Assembly: GCA_016839705.1 (NCBI GenBank)
Contig: JAEOTR010000048.1
Location: forward strand, 1-64,000
Direction: 5' to 3'
Source of the DNA: Promethearchaeota archaeon
Lineage (GTDB): Archaea > Asgardarchaeota > Lokiarchaeia > Sigyniarchaeales > SOKP01
DNA length: 64,000 nt
Below are positions 59,539 through 64,000 of this stretch, in pieces; within the stretch, counting starts at the first letter, position 1, and every line of letters begins with the position of its first letter. The position numbers and the translations under genes are program-made. Under the pieces are notes generated by a model that saw only the letters and a program-made list of their open reading frames with translations, searched no databases and had not been told where the DNA came from.

Positions 59539-60456
59539 ATGAATCGAAACTTTGTAAGAAGTAATAACAAGAGTGAAACAGATTTTTCTCAATCTCATTG
59601 TTGCGACAATCCCTTCATTGAATCTCGAGATGGTAATGAAATTTGTATAAATTGTGGTTTAATCTTTGAAAGGACATTCGTGGGAAATGAACGGCGCGCA
59701 TATACTGTAGAGGAGATACAGACGCGCCGAAGGACTGAGCCGCGATGGAGAGATTTCGGCCCCCGAACAATGTTGCCAAACACTAAGACAGATAGCAAAG
59801 GGAAGAGTATCGGAGCTAAAGAACAAGCATTATTCTCGCGATTATCCAAAATTCAGAACTCATTAATTTCAAGTATTGAACGTAATTTCTGGGAAGCAAA
59901 GCCGAAATTAAAGATGTTAACGAGTAAATTAAATGTACCCGAATACATCTCAGAAACCGCATGGAAAATATATAGTATTGTAGCAAAGAAAAAATTAACG
60001 ATGGGGCGTTCAATTAACGGATTCATCGCAGGATCCTTATATGCAGCGATTCGCGTTCATGATTTTCCTCGTTTACTGGATGAAGTATGTGAAGCTTCTT
60101 TAACCCCAAGAAGAACCGTTCATAGAAGTCTAGCAATGATAATTAGGGAAGTATTACCTGAACTAAAACTTCGATATCAGCCAATTACTGCTGAATGTTT
60201 AGTATTTAGATTTGGTAATGAATTAAACTTACCAATTCAGATACAAAAAATTGCTATTAATATGCTAAAAGATGCTTCAAAAAATGGCTTACAGAGAACT
60301 GGAAAAGATCCTAAAGGATTAGCAGCTGCTTGTATTTACATTGCAGCAAAAAATGGATCGATTAGAAAAACTCAATCCAAGGTCGCTGACATTGCTAAGA
60401 TCACAGAAGTAACTCTCCGAAGTCGTGCTAAGCAGATTAAGAATAAGCTTAGATAG
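59539..60456 (+). CDS. tfb: Transcription initiation factor IIB
   Basis: Zn ribbon (CC...CINCG), ERRAY B-reader-like segment, two cyclin repeats, GKDPKGLAAACIYIA, TQSKVADIAKITEVTLRSR. Confidence 0.92.
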   Translation: MNRNFVRSNNKSETDFSQSHCCDNPFIESRDGNEICINCGLIFERTFVGNERRAYTVEEIQTRRRTEPRWRDFGPRTMLPNTKTDSKGKSIGAKEQALFSRLSKIQNSLISSIERNFWEAKPKLKMLTSKLNVPEYISETAWKIYSIVAKKKLTMGRSINGFIAGSLYAAIRVHDFPRLLDEVCEASLTPRRTVHRSLAMIIREVLPELKLRYQPITAECLVFRFGNELNLPIQIQKIAINMLKDASKNGLQRTGKDPKGLAAACIYIAAKNGSIRKTQSKVADIAKITEVTLRSRAKQIKNKLR

Positions 60457-60585
60457 AGAAATGCATTAATCTGGGTTAAATATTTAAATCTTTTTTATTT
60501 TTCTATGTTCCCCCAAAATAGATAACCCATTAAATTTAGAGCAAATTATTAGGTTCTTTTTAAGTTAACTTCCCACTTAGTTTCT

Positions 60586-61170
60586 TTATTCTTTTTTAGT
60601 TTCTAATTCTTCAATATCTAGCGTCCATTTAACGCCAAAAGCAGTAATTATTAGTGAAATAATCATTAAAAAACAATTCACAGCAATAAAGTATGTCCAA
60701 AATATCGCAGGCATGAGAGGTGTTATATCTGAACGATATAACGCAGTTTGGAATGCTACTGATCCACTACCTGTTGACAAAGGTGTTTTTCCTAATAGAA
60801 CAAGATAATTCATTTTTATAAACGCTCCTAAAAGTATTACCATTCCAATAACAATCATTAATTTAGCTAGTGATTTACTTTCAATCTTGTTAGTTTTAGC
60901 TGTCTTGAATATAAAGAATCCTAAAATTAAGAATAAGATCATAGAAATGATAAAAAAGAGCCATAAGACGGTTCCTGTTAATGAAATATAACTTGATCCA
61001 TACATAAATTCTGATAACAGAATTAGACTACCATTAAGATTAAATTCAGTAAAATTTAATGTAATAAAAAAAGCAATTTCTATAATAGAAAGACACATAA
61101 AGATAAGGCCATTAATTTTAAGAAATTTTGTTAATTTTTTATGGTCCATATTTATCAACACAAGTAGCAA
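60586..61170 (-). CDS. Four-TM membrane protein
   Basis: Four hydrophobic segments and an acidic tail. Confidence 0.7.
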   Translation of the reverse strand: MLLVLINMDHKKLTKFLKINGLIFMCLSIIEIAFFITLNFTEFNLNGSLILLSEFMYGSSYISLTGTVLWLFFIISMILFLILGFFIFKTAKTNKIESKSLAKLMIVIGMVILLGAFIKMNYLVLLGKTPLSTGSGSVAFQTALYRSDITPLMPAIFWTYFIAVNCFLMIISLIITAFGVKWTLDIEELETKKE

Positions 61171-61271
61171 GAAAAATTTTTTATTCTATTATATTTTTAC
61201 TTATTATTGTTTTTGAAATTTTTAACAATTTTTAATATTATTGTTTTTTTCTGCAAGTCTAATTTATTCAT

Positions 61272-62300
61272 TTGAACAAGATCGTTGATTTTTTGAAAGA
61301 AAAAAGAAACAATACAAAGGAGCAGTCGTTATGTCTTCATAAAAATATGAAGAAAGTTAAGGGACATTATCACTGTCAAGATTGTGGGAAACGATTATCT
61401 CTTAAAGAATATTACAAATTAAAAAAAACAAAAGAATCCCTTCCTGAACAAAACCTTACATTTGAAGAACCTACTAGTGATTTCTATTCAGAGTCCCAGA
61501 TTGATTATGAAAGAAAGATAAAAATGAGTGATTCAAAAGCTTTACAAGACCCGGTAATTAAGGAAAAGTATGAGCGTCTGAAAACATTAGAAAAATGGTT
61601 TCGGGATTATGAAACTGATTTCACAGAACAAAAAAAAACGATCGAACTTCTAAAAAACCATGGAATAGGATTAACTATTGATAATGTAAAATATCGAGAA
61701 ATTCGAGATCTTTACCTACGCTATAATAAATATCATCGTCATAGCTACCAAAATATGGTCATTATTTTTCTCGCAATAATATGGATGGAAATAAAGGACA
61801 CCACCAATATTCGGATTGATGAATTCATTAAAGTGTCGAAAGAATTAGGTCATAAAATTAATAAGAAAATGATTACAAATGCAATGTTAAAAGTGAAGAG
61901 AACTGAAAATTTGATACAACAGAAAAAAAGCATTCCTGAATTAGAAAAAGAAATCAAAGAAAAAATAAAATTGGTCTTTCAAAAAGACATAAATACCATT
62001 CCGTTTGAGGAAGTCAAAGAATTCTTCCAGAGCACTTCTGAATTTGAAAAGATGAAAATTACTATGCAGTTAAACGCAGATAAGATACTACAACAGATTA
62101 CCTATGAAGCAATCCATAGCTTAAATTATAAAGCCTTTGTGGCAGGTTTAATTTATTATATTGGTCAAATGTTTGAAAACCGCAAGATTTTTACGCAGAA
62201 TTTAATCGAAAAATACACCAAATTCTCAAGCACAACAATAAGAAAAAAATTTCACACCCTTATAGATCTCTTAGGGGAACCTCAAAAATTTCAACTCTAA
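61272..62300 (+). CDS. Highly divergent TFIIB-like protein
   Basis: Zn ribbon CLH...HCQDCG; C-terminal KAFVAGLIYYIG...FTQNLIEKYTKFSSTTIRKKF matches the TFB cyclin-2/HTH. Confidence 0.7.
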   Translation: MNKIVDFLKEKRNNTKEQSLCLHKNMKKVKGHYHCQDCGKRLSLKEYYKLKKTKESLPEQNLTFEEPTSDFYSESQIDYERKIKMSDSKALQDPVIKEKYERLKTLEKWFRDYETDFTEQKKTIELLKNHGIGLTIDNVKYREIRDLYLRYNKYHRHSYQNMVIIFLAIIWMEIKDTTNIRIDEFIKVSKELGHKINKKMITNAMLKVKRTENLIQQKKSIPELEKEIKEKIKLVFQKDINTIPFEEVKEFFQSTSEFEKMKITMQLNADKILQQITYEAIHSLNYKAFVAGLIYYIGQMFENRKIFTQNLIEKYTKFSSTTIRKKFHTLIDLLGEPQKFQL

Positions 62301-62405
62301 TTTTTTTAAAATAATAATTTTAAATGAATTCCATACCATTAAAAACCTTTAAATCTATACTATTTATTATTCTAACTATATTTACCAGAACTAGTACCAA
62401 TCAAT

Positions 62406-64000
62406 ATGTCAGAGGTAAAAACATCTAAAGGGACTTATTATCATCAACCCCTCAATGAATTACTGAGAGAATTTAAGACTGATTTTGATCGTGGATTAAA
62501 ATCGTCTGAGTTAGAGGATAGATATCTAAACTATGGTCATAATGAATTGCCAAAGATCAAGAAATCTATATGGAAAATATATTTTGCCCCAATTTTTAAT
62601 TTCCTAATCTTAATTCTCCTTGTAACAGGAATAATCGTAGTTATCTTAGGTTCGCCCGGAGAAACCGTCATAACTTTTACTGTTGTGTTTATAAATTCTG
62701 CAACCGTGATCATCCAGCAGTATAGAGCCCAAAAGGCGCTTGAATCTTTACGACAAATCTCCGCTTTGAAAGCGACAGTTCTGAGAGATGGAAAACAATT
62801 TGAAATACCGAACAGGGAATTAGTTCCAGGAGATATTGTAATCTTAAATCAAGGAGACAAGATTCCCGCAGATGGGAGAATTGTCGACCAAGTCAATTTA
62901 ACAATAGATGAAGCTCCTTTAACTGGAGAAAGTGAACCTGTAGAAAAGAATAACAATATCCTCAGTAAAGATGATGTATCCATCCAAAAACAGTCAAATA
63001 TGATGTTTATGGGTACATATGTGCATACTGGAAGGGCAAAAGCTTTAATAACTGGTACTGCCGCAAATACTGAAATAGGAAAAATCTCTGTTACTTTGAA
63101 TGAGATGGGAAGTATTGAAGAGATTCCCCTAACCCGAAAATTAAATAGATTAGGACATATTTTGGGAATAATAGTAATAATCAATTTATTTGTATTAATA
63201 ACTTATAAATTCATTCTCTTAGCTGACAATAATAATTTAATTCAATCAGAAATTACACACGCTTTAGTAAGTTCTATTATTAGGGCAACAAATGTACTTC
63301 CAATAAATTTGCCTCTATTAAGCACTCTTGTTCTCATAACAGGCGTTTTAAGTATGGCTCAACACGGAGTAATTATTAAAAATTTATCCGCAATTGAATC
63401 ACTGGGACGCGTATCCGTAATCTGTTCGGATAAAACTGGTACAATTACCAAAAACGAGATGACCGTTGAAAAGTTTTGGATAGGTGAGAAAGAGTATGAT
63501 GTTAGTGGCTCCGGGTATGATGCAGAAGGTGAGATATTATTCAATGGGCAAAAATTTAATCTTAACGATAATTCTACATTCCAAAAATTCATCGATTCAA
63601 TTGTTTTGAATAATAATGCACAACTTATTTTTGAAGATGTAAAAATTCGGGTAGCTGAACGAAAAGAAATGGCAGTAAGACGTGCTTTAGGATCTCCTAC
63701 CGAAGCAGCATTGCTAGTTTTAGCAGAAAAGGCAGGATATATCCCATATGATGTGAAAAAAAAGTATACTCTTTTGACTGAATTTTCTTTTAGCTCCGAA
63801 TTAAAACGTATGAGTTCGATCTATGAATTAAAGGAGAATAATAAACAGAAATTTGTATTCTCTAAAGGAGCTCCTGAAAAAATTCTAACAATCTGCTCCC
63901 AGATTGAAATAGATGGAAGTATTGAAAATCTAGATAATAACCATAAAGAAAAAGTTTTAGAAAAAATAAGAGATCGAGCAAATCAAGGTTTTAGAACATT
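62406..64000 (+). CDS. P-type ATPase (P2-like scaffold, atypical M4), 3'-partial; absent from the ORF track
   Basis: Manual translation from ATG 62406: YGHNEL, LVPGDIV, IPADGR, LTGES (TGES at 62922-62933), CSDKTGT (DKTGT at 63429-63443), KRMS, KGAPE. Open to the window end. Confidence 0.95.
   Translation, partial: MSEVKTSKGTYYHQPLNELLREFKTDFDRGLKSSELEDRYLNYGHNELPKIKKSIWKIYFAPIFNFLILILLVTGIIVVILGSPGETVITFTVVFINSATVIIQQYRAQKALESLRQISALKATVLRDGKQFEIPNRELVPGDIVILNQGDKIPADGRIVDQVNLTIDEAPLTGESEPVEKNNNILSKDDVSIQKQSNMMFMGTYVHTGRAKALITGTAANTEIGKISVTLNEMGSIEEIPLTRKLNRLGHILGIIVIINLFVLITYKFILLADNNNLIQSEITHALVSSIIRATNVLPINLPLLSTLVLITGVLSMAQHGVIIKNLSAIESLGRVSVICSDKTGTITKNEMTVEKFWIGEKEYDVSGSGYDAEGEILFNGQKFNLNDNSTFQKFIDSIVLNNNAQLIFEDVKIRVAERKEMAVRRALGSPTEAALLVLAEKAGYIPYDVKKKYTLLTEFSFSSELKRMSSIYELKENNKQKFVFSKGAPEKILTICSQIEIDGSIENLDNNHKEKVLEKIRDRANQGFRT

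Noticed and set aside
62849-63592. Two minus-strand ORFs in the track
   Set aside because: Antisense to the P-type ATPase.
62406-64000. Annotating as a bona fide P4 flippase or a Ca2+-ATPase
   Set aside because: TGES and KGAPE argue against true P4, loss of PEGL argues against a standard Ca pump, and the C-terminal helices are outside the window.
1-64000. tRNA, rRNA, CRISPR arrays, IS elements
   Set aside because: None recognised by eye; tRNAscan-SE and Infernal would be needed to exclude short or intron-containing RNAs.

Overview
Strongly AT-rich, gene-dense archaeal chromosomal DNA, most likely from an Asgard archaeon of the Lokiarchaeia type. This is an inference from: an actin-family gene, a longin + small-GTPase fusion, a RING-finger protein, several TFB paralogues, AOR, a CDP-alcohol phosphatidyltransferase, and surface proteins with IPG(F/Y)-TM-basic tails. 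About 60 CDS are present, mostly metabolic, transport or housekeeping (gpmA, purD, nfo, type IA topoisomerase, M32 carboxypeptidase, heterodimeric ABC exporter, PAS histidine kinase, TFB). I saw no rRNA, tRNA, CRISPR array or transposase. Highlights: (1) a candidate actin-regulation locus at 42.6-46.1 kb, comprising a catalytically divergent actin-related protein, a proline-rich protein ending in a WH2/Ena-VASP-like helix with LKKI, and a wHTH gene with an operator-like repeat region; (2) a P-type ATPase missed by the ORF track (62406 to window end) with a P2-type scaffold but a P4-flippase-like M4 motif (NVLPINL instead of PEGL); (3) a five-gene longin / pseudo-GTPase / HEAT-coiled-coil cluster at 26-31.7 kb; (4) a small-protein family I do not recognise, present as two intact copies plus one hidden decayed copy; (5) TMEM62-like and TOP3B-like proteins. 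All family calls are by-eye motif recognition; no database searches were run.
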